Program-made: the position numbers and the translations under genes
The notes under the pieces: generated by a model
Database searches by the model: none
Told to the model about the DNA's origin: nothing
What the model saw: only the letters and a program-made list of their open reading frames with translations
Assembly: GCA_965248535.1 (NCBI GenBank)
Contig: CBDFJR010000005.1
Span: 1,024,001 to 1,088,000, forward strand
Direction: 5' to 3'
Length of the DNA stretch: 64,000 bases
Source: Phormidesmis sp.
GTDB lineage: Bacteria; Cyanobacteriota; Cyanobacteriia; Leptolyngbyales; Leptolyngbyaceae
Shown: positions 31,112 to 40,262 of the stretch, piece by piece
Layout: the number at the start of each line of letters is the position of its first letter
Position numbering within the stretch: the first letter of the stretch is position 1

Positions 31112-32179
31112 ATGCAGATTCAGATTCAGACCTTCACGGTGCACAAACGGTTTGCCCTCACGATCAGTCGCGGCACCACCGCCCAAACGACCAACATCTG
31201 GGTCAGAATCGAGCACAATGGCATCGAAGGCTGGGGCGAAGCTGCGCCGTTTTCAATCGGAGAACAGTCCCAGACGACGGAGATGATCGCCCGCTCTCTG
31301 CAAGCGATCGCGCCTCTGCTCAAAGCCCTCAACCCCCTCGAACGGCAGCGCATCGATCGCTTAATGGCAGAGACTCGCCTGCCGTCAGCCGCCCGCGCCG
31401 CCTTAGATCTAGCCCTGCACGACTGGGTAGGCAAACACGCCAATCTACCGCTCTGGCAACTGTGGGGGTTAGAGCGCGATCGTATTGTTCCGACTTCGGT
31501 GACGATCGGCATCAGTTCGCCCGAAGCGGCCCAGCAGCGCGTGTTGGATTGGTTAGGTAAGGGCACGATCGCGGCCCCGCTCCAAGATATTCAGGCGCTA
31601 AAGGTCAAACTCGGCAACCCTGACGGCATCGCAGCCGACAAAGCCATGCTGTTAGCCGTCAAAGCCGCCGCGCCTCAAATCTCGCAGATCAGCATCGATG
31701 CCAACGGCGGATGGAGCATCGACACAGCCCTAAAAATGTCGTTTTGGCTAGCCGATCAGGGCATCACCTATATCGAGCAACCGTTACCCAAAGGTCAAGA
31801 AGCCGACCTCGCAAAGCTTTACTACCAGTCTCCTTTGCCCATTTTTGTTGACGAAAGCTGTTGGACGAGTCGAGATATTCCCTTGTTGGTCGATCGGGTG
31901 CACGGCATCAATATCAAATTGCTCAAATCCGGCGGCTTATCAGAAGCGCTGAGAATGATTCACACGGCCAGAGCCTTTGGACTCCAGGTGATGTTTGGCT
32001 GCTATTCAGACAGTTCGCTGTTAAACACGGCGCTGGCGCATCTCTCCCCGCTAGCCGATCATTTGGATTTGGATAGTCATTTAAACTTGTTGGATGATCC
32101 CTTTGTGGGGGCAGGGTTTCAAAATGGGCGAGTGGTGCCTAATAACCAGCCGGGGCTGGGCGTGCGATTTAGAAATTAG
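31112..32179 (+). CDS. L-Ala-D/L-Glu dipeptide epimerase (enolase superfamily)
   Basis: GWGEA, KVKLG, DANGGW, IEQP, DES, INIKL and DLD motifs. Confidence 0.9.
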   Translation: MQIQIQTFTVHKRFALTISRGTTAQTTNIWVRIEHNGIEGWGEAAPFSIGEQSQTTEMIARSLQAIAPLLKALNPLERQRIDRLMAETRLPSAARAALDLALHDWVGKHANLPLWQLWGLERDRIVPTSVTIGISSPEAAQQRVLDWLGKGTIAAPLQDIQALKVKLGNPDGIAADKAMLLAVKAAAPQISQISIDANGGWSIDTALKMSFWLADQGITYIEQPLPKGQEADLAKLYYQSPLPIFVDESCWTSRDIPLLVDRVHGINIKLLKSGGLSEALRMIHTARAFGLQVMFGCYSDSSLLNTALAHLSPLADHLDLDSHLNLLDDPFVGAGFQNGRVVPNNQPGLGVRFRN

Positions 32180-32412
32180 TTTCGGTCGGTTTATTCAAAG
32201 CATTCTTTCGCCCGTGCGCTTTTGGTAGGGATGCCCCACAGGGTACGATCGCTCTACTGGAGCAAGAAACTATACTAAAGATAACGTTGCTCAACGCCCA
32301 CAAGATTATCAAGCTGGACACGATCCTGGATTAGCTTCAGCCGCGTTGAAAAGAAAGTTATTGGGTCGGAACGTTGGCTAATTGGGGGTATGTTCTACTG
32401 GGTGGTGTGAGA

Positions 32413-32748
32413 TTAAGCGATCGCATAACCCGTATGGGGTCGCACATTGGCAGGATGAAAGCCTAACACAATCTGATCTTTTGGAATTCCTGCATTGACG
32501 AGTTCGTGGGTCACACCGTCTTCGGTTTCATCCCGTTGCACCCAAATTTTGCCGTCAATGATGTCTAAGTGAATCAAGCACCCGTGAACGCGAGTTTTGC
32601 GATCCCAGCCTAGGGTGATGAGGATATAGCTATCGTGGGTTTCGTCAAAGACGGGTTTGCAGATCAGTTCTCCGTGGGAGTAGGGAATTTGGGTGTAGGG
32701 AATCAGAATATCTTTGATGAGTTGGCGGTAGTGGGCTAGTTTTTCCAT
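32413..32748 (-). CDS. xisI: XisI protein
   Basis: HLDIIDGKIWVQRDETEDG...GIPKDQIVLGFH. Confidence 0.92.
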   Translation of the reverse strand: MEKLAHYRQLIKDILIPYTQIPYSHGELICKPVFDETHDSYILITLGWDRKTRVHGCLIHLDIIDGKIWVQRDETEDGVTHELVNAGIPKDQIVLGFHPANVRPHTGYAIA

Positions 32749-33152
32749 TGCAGAATGACCTCTTGTTCAGCGTCAAATACAATCAGCTTGAGATTTTCAT
32801 CTTCAATCATCAGTTGTCCGATCGGTTCCTCAAATAGAGAATTGAACACTATATCGTTCACAGCCATGTAGAGCTTATAGTCTGGGTAAGTTCGACGCAT
32901 GACAGCGCGATAGATGGCATACTGCCCAATGGCATCACGGAAGGCTTCCATCTCGGAAGCACTGATAAAACTTTTAACCTCAACGGCGATTTTCTCTTCT
33001 GCGCGTGTTGCCACGATCAAGCGTTTTGCACCCAGGTCAACATACATATCTTTCCGTCCCCAGCGTAGGTGAAGTGGGTCATGCGTAATGATCCAGCCAT
33101 CTGTGGTGAGTGCTTGTTTGACAGCATCATGGTAGAGGTCAAAGGCTGGCAT
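32736..33152 (-). CDS. xisH: XisH protein
   Basis: HDAVKQAL..DGW.ITHDP, DLGA, KIAVEVKSF and AIGQY motifs. Confidence 0.92.
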   Translation of the reverse strand: MPAFDLYHDAVKQALTTDGWIITHDPLHLRWGRKDMYVDLGAKRLIVATRAEEKIAVEVKSFISASEMEAFRDAIGQYAIYRAVMRRTYPDYKLYMAVNDIVFNSLFEEPIGQLMIEDENLKLIVFDAEQEVILQWKN

Positions 33153-33206
33153 ATTGTTTCATTTAGGATTTCGTCGGCTAGCCTATGGTTATCCATGAAT
33201 GTCTCT

Positions 33207-33428
33207 CTAGGCTTTCAGTCGTTGACGTTGAGCAGAGACCACTAGCTCTAGCGCTTTGACTGCAATGTCTCGTTTGCCTCGGTATTCGATGATTTCGGGC
33301 TGTGCTGTCTTGCTGCCCAAGCTAATTTTAACTTCACTATCGGCGCTAATGACATGAATATGTGACGATCGCTTACCGTCGAAGTAGATGACCGCCCTAA
33401 GACCATCTTTTCGTAACACGGTTGGCAT
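33207..33428 (-). CDS. DUF4160-like small protein, possibly degenerate
   Basis: MPTVLRKDG...HIHV. The usual DH.PPH motif is altered. Confidence 0.55.
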   Translation of the reverse strand: MPTVLRKDGLRAVIYFDGKRSSHIHVISADSEVKISLGSKTAQPEIIEYRGKRDIAVKALELVVSAQRQRLKA

Positions 33429-33769
33429 GTTTTCTCTAGTGCGATCGCGCCTGCCTAAATGGGCGATCGTAAGTCCCTATCATCCATCTGCGGAGGTACG
33501 ATCGCTGTCATAGCGGAGAGGTGGAATCGCTACTAGAGCAAGAAACTAGGTATCCCTATTTCTTAAAGAATGGAAAATAATCACCCATTTCTAGAGACCG
33601 TAGGGAGTCAGGTTTCTGAAATTGGACTTTTTCCTCTATCCTTTACTAAATATCACTACCTATTCTTGCCTTGAGTTCCAACTTTGCCCTGATACCTTCT
33701 GTAAAACTTCCATAGCAGACTAGAATGAGCTAACCACTTACAAAACTCAAACACTTATTTCTGCTGGAT

Positions 33770-34201
33770 ATGGAGGATTATCAAAATGCTTTCTCAGAGC
33801 GTCACACTGATACCGAAGCATTATGTAACTCTGGGAGGAAAATAGCTGCTATGCACTTCGGCGGTATTACAATCGAATGTTTACTCAAGGCAATGATCGT
33901 TGCCTCGTTATCAAAAAGCGTGTCTAAGGAATGGAAAACAGATTCTGTTGATCCCGGACACACTATCACTAACCCCGGACACAGTTATGGTGAAGCGCTT
34001 AAGCGACACAACCGATTGAATTCTAGGATTCAGAAGTTTCCAGAGGTAATGAAATGGCTCCAGGATATCGAATGTCCAAACCAGCATTTCATAGATATGC
34101 GCTATTCTTGCAACGAGCCTGATGATAAGAGCTATAAATGTTGGTTAGACTCATATCAGCGGCTCAAAGGATGGTTACAGAAACAAGCCAATCAACTTTA
34201 A
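33770..34201 (+). CDS. HEPN-like domain protein
   Basis: D.EAL..SGR..AAMHFGG..IECLLKA, GHS and MRY motifs typical of the HEPN fold. Confidence 0.7.
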   Translation: MEDYQNAFSERHTDTEALCNSGRKIAAMHFGGITIECLLKAMIVASLSKSVSKEWKTDSVDPGHTITNPGHSYGEALKRHNRLNSRIQKFPEVMKWLQDIECPNQHFIDMRYSCNEPDDKSYKCWLDSYQRLKGWLQKQANQL

Positions 34202-34210
34202 AGAGGGGAG

Positions 34211-36910
34211 ATGCAGGAAACTTGGCAAGAAAGACTGAAGCAGCAACTTACAACCCAGTACATAGGAAGATCCCAGGACTGGGTTGGTATAAACATTTCT
34301 ACATCTGGCTTACTGAATTTAACTATCGTGAGCGATAGTTTTTCTGATTTGTCCATACCTCAGCGTAGGGAAATCATATTAAATTTCTTACAACAGTCAC
34401 GAGTTTCTCTATCCCCAGGTTTTTTATCTCTCTATACGCCACAAGAGGCTGAATCTCTTAATCTGTCGCAACCACAAGCTGTTAATGGAGACTCAGTACA
34501 CACTTGGCAAGATTTAGCTTTACAAGCAGCTAACCCCCAAAATCAATCACAGCCTGCTCAACGTGAACCAAGTGTTCCTCGAACTGTAACATTTTATTCT
34601 TTCAAAGGGGGAGTAGGTCGAACTACAGCATTAACGCATGTTGCATGGATTCTTGCGTTACGTGGTCGCAAAATTGTAGCTGTTGATTTGGATTTGGAAG
34701 CGCCTGGATTAAGTACAGCGTTTAACTTGAATCCTCAACCAAAGTATGGAATTGTCGACTATTTTTATGAACGTTCCTATTTGCCAGAGGGGGTAGAACC
34801 TAATATCTCAGTAGCTCAAATATTCGGTGAAGTTAAAATACCTAACGCTACAGGAAGATTGTTTGTCGTTCCTGCTGGAACTCTTGACCTCGACTATATC
34901 TCTAAAGTTGATGATCTACGAGCAACTACCGTTACTGATACTGGCGACAACCTCTGGTCTATTTTTAGCCGCGAAATTCAAGAACAGTTAAAACCAGATA
35001 TTCTATTAATTGATTCACGAACTGGAATTAATCAATGGGGGGCTTTATCACTACTACAAGCAGCAGATGAAGTAATCGTATTTTTATTTCCAAATGAGCA
35101 AAATCGTCAGGGAATTAGTTTACTTCTACAATCACTTCAATCCTTTAGAGATCTATCTATAAATTTTGTATTTACTCCAGTTCCTGATACTACCGAAGTT
35201 GGGATGACTAAGGTAAAAAGGATTTGGAAGTTCTTATATGAAGCGGTTAAGAATAGAGCGAGTGAAGATGATGACACAATTGAAGATTCATCCAGAGAAA
35301 GTGAGTCCGATTTAGATGACTCATTTGCCGAAGTAGAGCCATTAGTGGTTCCTTACTTACCCCCAATTGCTTTAGCTGATAGTTATCCTGTACCAGCACT
35401 TCTAGATTACTATACTCGAATTGCTAACCTGATTGACGAAGAAACTGACGAGCTTCAACGGAAAACTATCTTAACTGGTTCAAATCGTCGATGGAGCATT
35501 ATTAAAAACCTTCAATTTCCTGAAGTTAATGCGGCTGACCCACAGCAAGATCTGAGTTTGCTATTTCAGCGAACCACTGATTTTGAAAAATTTCTAGACA
35601 ATACTAACTGTCTTATTAGAGGACGGAAGGGAACTGGTAAAACCGCTCTGTACTGGCTTTTACTAAAACATAACAAGGTTGCTCAACAATTGGCTCATGG
35701 TCGGTTAGATGACACCATTTGCTTTTCTGGTCATGGTAGGTTTCATGAGAGTCGTCCATCGCGTGACGAGTTCCAAGTGATTCACAGGGGTCTACAAGAA
35801 AATAATGGCTCATGGGAAGCATTCTGGAGAGCTTATTTACTGTTTAGGATCGTCAAAGAAAATGGCTTCAGCTTCCCCAAAGGTAGAAAAGGGGAGAAGT
35901 TTACTGAGATGAAAAGAATTATTAATGAGCTGCCTGGTGAAAGATGGCAGTATGAACACACTCAAGATCTGCTTCATCTATCCAGCGACTCTAATCTGCT
36001 TCTCATTGTCAAGGATGCTTTAGATACCTTTAACGAGCAGGTACAAAATCAATCCAAAACACTGTGGTTTCTGTATGATGATTTAGATGAAGATTTTCCT
36101 GAAAAAGATGAGGTAAGGCATCAAGCTCTGATTGGCTTATTTCAACTTATTCAAGCTTGTGACGCAAGAAAGATAATATCGATTCGGTTCAAGATTTTCT
36201 TAAGAGAAGATATTTGGAATCGTTTAAGTTTTGACAATAAAAGCCATTTCAATGGACGTGATCTTCTTTTACAGTGGAATCGGGTTGATTTTCTTAGACT
36301 TGCACTTCGCCAAGCAACCCAGTCTAAGGAATTCAAGAGCTTAGTAGATCGGTTTTCTCCTGTCGAAAGCATTGATCAAGCCAGTGAGGAAGCTGTTGAT
36401 CGAGCGTTAGAACTTCTCTGGGGAAGCCGTCGCAGATCAGGCACCAAAGCTAAGTATGTAACAAGATGGGTCTATGAGCGTCTTACAGATTCAAGTAGTA
36501 CTACCTTTCCTCGCAGTTTGAGCATTTTGTTGAGAGGGGCAAAAGAGCAGGAACTAACCTATGAAGGACAACCCTCAAAACAAACACCCACAGACCGTTT
36601 ATTACGAGGAACCTCTCTTGAGATTGGACTAAAGAAAGCCTCGGAAGAGCGTTGTCATGCAGTTAGAGAGGAATATCCTGATTTGAGAAAATTCTTTGAC
36701 TCTCTTAAAGCGATGCAAGCTCTATTATCAAAGGAAGAATTGCAAACTATATGGCAAGAATCTGCACAAAATGTCTCATCGGAATATGATGATTTTTCGG
36801 ATTTACTGAGCGAGATTGGTATCGCTGAATGGCGTGAGAAGGATCAGCGCTATAAATTTGCGGACATCTATGTATATGGGTTTGAGATGATTCGTAAAGG
36901 TGCAGTCTAG
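34211..36910 (+). CDS. Multidomain ATPase: BolA-like N-terminus, ParA/MinD-type (KGGVGR) domain, second P-loop ATPase (Sll1717-like)
   Basis: IVSDSFSDLS..QR; SFKGGVGRTT, DLDLEAPG, IDSRTG; acidic linker; GRKGTGKT, FLYDDLDE, KIFLREDIW. Confidence 0.8.
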   Translation: MQETWQERLKQQLTTQYIGRSQDWVGINISTSGLLNLTIVSDSFSDLSIPQRREIILNFLQQSRVSLSPGFLSLYTPQEAESLNLSQPQAVNGDSVHTWQDLALQAANPQNQSQPAQREPSVPRTVTFYSFKGGVGRTTALTHVAWILALRGRKIVAVDLDLEAPGLSTAFNLNPQPKYGIVDYFYERSYLPEGVEPNISVAQIFGEVKIPNATGRLFVVPAGTLDLDYISKVDDLRATTVTDTGDNLWSIFSREIQEQLKPDILLIDSRTGINQWGALSLLQAADEVIVFLFPNEQNRQGISLLLQSLQSFRDLSINFVFTPVPDTTEVGMTKVKRIWKFLYEAVKNRASEDDDTIEDSSRESESDLDDSFAEVEPLVVPYLPPIALADSYPVPALLDYYTRIANLIDEETDELQRKTILTGSNRRWSIIKNLQFPEVNAADPQQDLSLLFQRTTDFEKFLDNTNCLIRGRKGTGKTALYWLLLKHNKVAQQLAHGRLDDTICFSGHGRFHESRPSRDEFQVIHRGLQENNGSWEAFWRAYLLFRIVKENGFSFPKGRKGEKFTEMKRIINELPGERWQYEHTQDLLHLSSDSNLLLIVKDALDTFNEQVQNQSKTLWFLYDDLDEDFPEKDEVRHQALIGLFQLIQACDARKIISIRFKIFLREDIWNRLSFDNKSHFNGRDLLLQWNRVDFLRLALRQATQSKEFKSLVDRFSPVESIDQASEEAVDRALELLWGSRRRSGTKAKYVTRWVYERLTDSSSTTFPRSLSILLRGAKEQELTYEGQPSKQTPTDRLLRGTSLEIGLKKASEERCHAVREEYPDLRKFFDSLKAMQALLSKEELQTIWQESAQNVSSEYDDFSDLLSEIGIAEWREKDQRYKFADIYVYGFEMIRKGAV

Positions 36911-37131
36911 ATGGTGTCATGCACTTTTGAATCCAATACTCATGAACCATCTGACCATCAATATTACAAAGGGAGTCAGGTGAAATCTGATTAACGTGTC
37001 TGGGAACCGCTCGCAATCTCGCGCTAATCGTCGAAACCGCGACATCTAGTGCAAAACTGCGTTCTCTTACCCAGTCCCTTGAGAGGAGAAACTCTCCTCC
37101 ATTACTGTGCTCTCTACTACCCATCTTCTGC

Positions 37132-37443
37132 TGCGCCGATCGCATTTGGACGAGAGAACTCGACTTTATCAAAGTCAAAGACAAAAACCATCCGGTTGTA
37201 ATTTATGAACTAGTGGGGCTGCGATCGGAGACGGTTTCTGACCAAAAGCAGCAAGTGGTTGAGCACTATGAAAAAGGCCGACGGCACTATTTAGCTCGCA
37301 AATTTGCCTCCGCAGTGGCCGAGTTTGCCATGGTTTTAGAAACTGATAGCCGTGACAAAGCGGCGGCCCTGCACATGGAGCGCTGTCAACATTGGCTCAA
37401 AAATCCCCCAAATGATGAGTGGGATAGCAGTTGGAAATATTAA
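37132..37443 (+). pseudogene. C-terminal remnant of a class III adenylate/guanylate cyclase
   Basis: The frame reads DRIWTRELDFIKVKDKNHPVVIYELVG...Y..R.F..A...F...D.AA.....RC...PP.DEWD; no N-terminal part is present. Confidence 0.75.
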
Positions 37444-37521
37444 ACCCGTTGGAATCTGATTGAAAAAGTCTTAACCAATAGCTTAACCTGTGGAACATCG
37501 CGCTATAATGAGTAAAGTCAC

Positions 37522-37902
37522 GGGGCTGTAACGGTTTCGACAGGTTGGCGAACGTCACAACGTGATTCAGGTCGAGAGCGAGTCCACTCTCGTAAATATC
37601 GGCTCAAAACACAGTACATGCGAACAACATTGTACCCTTCGCTCGTAAAGCAGTCACTGCCTAAAAACCCCTAGCGGTTCGAGCGTCTACGATTTGACAC
37701 CGTTAAGGATCGTAGAACAACCCCAACGGTCGCTCTAGACGATCGCCTCAAGTCGGTTTTCTAGCTAAGACAATACTTGAGAATCCTCCCGTTCGGGATA
37801 ATGAACGGTTCCCGCTTTGAGGACTAGAGAAGCTAAACCTGTGAATGAGCGGTGTGCTAATACCCAATTTGGACACGGGTTCGACTCCCGTCAGCTCCAC
37901 TA
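37522..37902 (+). ncRNA. ssrA: tmRNA
   Basis: GGGGCTGTAACGGTTTCGAC 5' end, tag ANNIVPFARKAVTA* at 37620-37664, GGTTCGACTCCCGTCAGCTCCA 3' end, and TATAAT at 37504. Confidence 0.97.
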
Positions 37903-37909
37903 AAAACCA

Positions 37910-37942
37910 AAAAGGAGGCTCTTAATCAGAGCCTCCTTTTTT
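37910..37942. terminator. Bidirectional intrinsic terminator after ssrA
   Basis: AAAAGGAGGCTCT-TAATC-AGAGCCTCCTTTT. Confidence 0.85.
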
Positions 37943-37978
37943 ATTGAAAATGTGACTGCCATGTTGAAGCGATCGCGG

Positions 37979-38347
37979 CTATTTAGCAAACGATTGACCA
38001 ACGCCTTTTTCTGCAAAGTACTGACTTAAGAAGGTGTTAGTCAATGAAAGGACGATGGGTGCCAGCACGATCGCTAGCCAGCCATGCACCGCAAACCCAG
38101 GCACCAAAAGCGACGCTAGCCAAAAACAAACGCCATTAACGACGAGTGAAAACGATCCTAGGGTCACAAAGGTGATCGGCAGTGAGAGCATCGATAAGAC
38201 TGGTTTAACAAACGCATTCACCAATCCAATCGAGACTGCGGCTAACAATGCAGCTAAGAACGTGTTGATATCCACTCCGGGAATGGCAAGGTCAACCACT
38301 AATAAACTCAGCGCAGTCGTTAAAGTAGTCAGAAAAAATCCAAGCAT
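37979..38347 (-). CDS. YvlD-like ('phage holin family') membrane protein
   Basis: GLVNAFVKPVL..LSLPITFVTLG.F.LVVN. Confidence 0.85.
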   Translation of the reverse strand: MLGFFLTTLTTALSLLVVDLAIPGVDINTFLAALLAAVSIGLVNAFVKPVLSMLSLPITFVTLGSFSLVVNGVCFWLASLLVPGFAVHGWLAIVLAPIVLSLTNTFLSQYFAEKGVGQSFAK

Positions 38348-38371
38348 TGTGTATCTCCTCATCCAAGTAAG

Positions 38372-38563
38372 TTAAAGGGTGCCTGTCTGTTGGTTAACGG
38401 TCTCTTCGTGTTTTGAGATCGCCCAAACTGCGTGAATGACCCCCGGAACCCAACCCAGAAAAGTCAATGCAATGTTGATTAGTAGAGTAGTGCTCAGACC
38501 ATAGGTCATAAACACACCGACCGGAGGCAGAAAAACAGCAAGCAGAATGCGAATGAGTTGCAT
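38372..38563 (-). CDS. YqaE/Pmp3 family membrane protein
   Basis: LAVFLPPVGV...INIALTFLGWVPGVIHA. Confidence 0.9.
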   Translation of the reverse strand: MQLIRILLAVFLPPVGVFMTYGLSTTLLINIALTFLGWVPGVIHAVWAISKHEETVNQQTGTL

Positions 38564-38601
38564 AAAATAACCTCAAAGTAAATGATTAGAACAATGGGAA
38601 C

Positions 38602-39153
38602 TTAAATCTTAGCGGCAGCAGTTTGCAGAAAGTCTTTTAACTGTTGCTTGATTTGAGATTCTTTCCGGGCGGCGGCGGCTCCTGCTGCGCCAGCTTTGGT
38701 TTCAAACTCGGCTTGCTTTTGCTGAAGGGGATCAGAGTTTTGAGTTTCAGCATTGGCGATCGTGCTCCGATATCGTGCTGCCAGGGTTTCAATCTTTTGT
38801 TTGACAGTCTGGTAGCGATCGCCATAACGAGTCGTGAGCGTGGCATCTAGCGTGGTTAGCTGATTTTTCAATTCGACAACCAGCCGATTTTTAAGGGTCG
38901 TAAACAGACTCACGGGTTGAGATCGATCGGGATCTTCGGCAAATTCTTGCCCCGTCTCTTTCACATCGTCCGAGATCGTAGAGAAGGTGTCTTTAGCGAT
39001 CGTGCCGATTTCGTTAGAGCCAGCTTTCAACTCAGTCATAGCCTGAGAGGCAGCATCCCGAACGATTTCACCAATGCGAGTGGCGCGAACGCTCCCTTGA
39101 GTTTTGACTTTTTGAAAGTCGGTTGCAATGCGGTCTTTGATGGAATCTGACAT
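38602..39153 (-). CDS. Hypothetical helical/coiled-coil protein
   Basis: 183-aa ORF co-directional with its neighbours; Ala/Lys/Gln rich. Confidence 0.7.
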   Translation of the reverse strand: MSDSIKDRIATDFQKVKTQGSVRATRIGEIVRDAASQAMTELKAGSNEIGTIAKDTFSTISDDVKETGQEFAEDPDRSQPVSLFTTLKNRLVVELKNQLTTLDATLTTRYGDRYQTVKQKIETLAARYRSTIANAETQNSDPLQQKQAEFETKAGAAGAAAARKESQIKQQLKDFLQTAAAKI

Positions 39154-39224
39154 AGTTTACCTGCTGTGTGACATTACAAGGTTTGTGTTGAAATCACTTC
39201 TCAGAAACACACATCCACTCTGAT

Positions 39225-39488
39225 CTAGCTGACTGCAACAGTCTTTGAACTAGCACCGTTTGTTTTGCGCGTTTTCAACTGTTCTAAAAGAAGTTGAGAG
39301 ACTTCAGTTATCAGAACGGTGGCAATCACGCCATCGTCAATCCAGCCTAAAATCGGTAGCGCATCGGTCGCTAAATTGAAGGGACTCACGAGATAAAGCA
39401 AACTGCCTAACACGATCGCCCAGCGATATTTAGAATTCTGTAGAGTGGCGCGATACCAGGCATAGAGAGGCTGTGTGAGAAATTTCAT
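39225..39488 (-). CDS. YkvA/DUF1232 family protein
   Basis: LLYLVSP.NL..D.LPILGWIDD; start MKFLTQ at 39488. Confidence 0.85.
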   Translation of the reverse strand: MKFLTQPLYAWYRATLQNSKYRWAIVLGSLLYLVSPFNLATDALPILGWIDDGVIATVLITEVSQLLLEQLKTRKTNGASSKTVAVS

Positions 39489-39861
39489 CGGGTGCCTTTT
39501 GGTTGACAAGACTATCTTCGCAAACCTCTTGCTAGATTTCTGGTGTTGATAACCCACGATTTTGTCGTAGCATTCCCACCTCATAGAGTTATGCAATCGT
39601 CTTAGCGTTAAAAAACTGTAAAAACCGTTTCAGTTTTGCATTTTAGATAAATGTGCATCAGTCTGGGGGCTGATATTAGGTGGCTTGATAGTAGAGCGAA
39701 CTATAGGGTTTACGTTAGCCCTCCGCTTTTTTGCCTCGTTTGGCTGATTGCAGCAAAATAGACCCTAAGAGAGAATTATTTGGTAGTCTTTGTTACAGAA
39801 ATCTATTAGGATTGGGATATCTAAAACATTTTCTGACGTAGAATTCTGTCATTTGTGAATC

Positions 39862-40251
39862 ATGGCTACTGCACTTCAAGCTAACCCGTCTCAAATCTCT
39901 GCTCAACATCAAGCCACGATCGCCGCTTCCCTGGCTCGTCGGCTGGCGATTGCAAAGGCGGCTCAAAACGCTCAACTCATTACGCTGCTAGAGCAAGAGC
40001 AACAGCAGCTAGACCACAACCCTCACCCGTTAACTCTGTTAGCGCTTGCCGATCAGGTTAAGCAAATCTGGCAGTCTTGGTTAGATGCCCTCGATCGTCA
40101 CTCTCAGCTTTCGGTCAAGCAAGTCGTTGGCGAATCGGGGCTAGTTTTTTGGTATGCCTATGACCCTCAAACTGGAAAGTCTCTCTACGCAGAGTCTTCT
40201 TCAGAAGTCGTGAAATGGATTGAGGACAATCATTTAGGACAACAATCCTAA
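39862..40251 (+). CDS. Hypothetical protein
   Basis: 129-aa ORF; WYAYDPQTG...WIE resembles a cyanobacterial hypothetical family. Confidence 0.7.
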   Translation: MATALQANPSQISAQHQATIAASLARRLAIAKAAQNAQLITLLEQEQQQLDHNPHPLTLLALADQVKQIWQSWLDALDRHSQLSVKQVVGESGLVFWYAYDPQTGKSLYAESSSEVVKWIEDNHLGQQS

Positions 40252-40262
40252 TCCTAAAAACT

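Noticed and set aside
37880..38347. Prophage or island integrated at the tmRNA 3' end, suggested by the 'holin'
   Set aside because: No duplicated ssrA 3' end, adjacent integrase or phage genes seen; YvlD-like proteins are ordinary chromosomal genes
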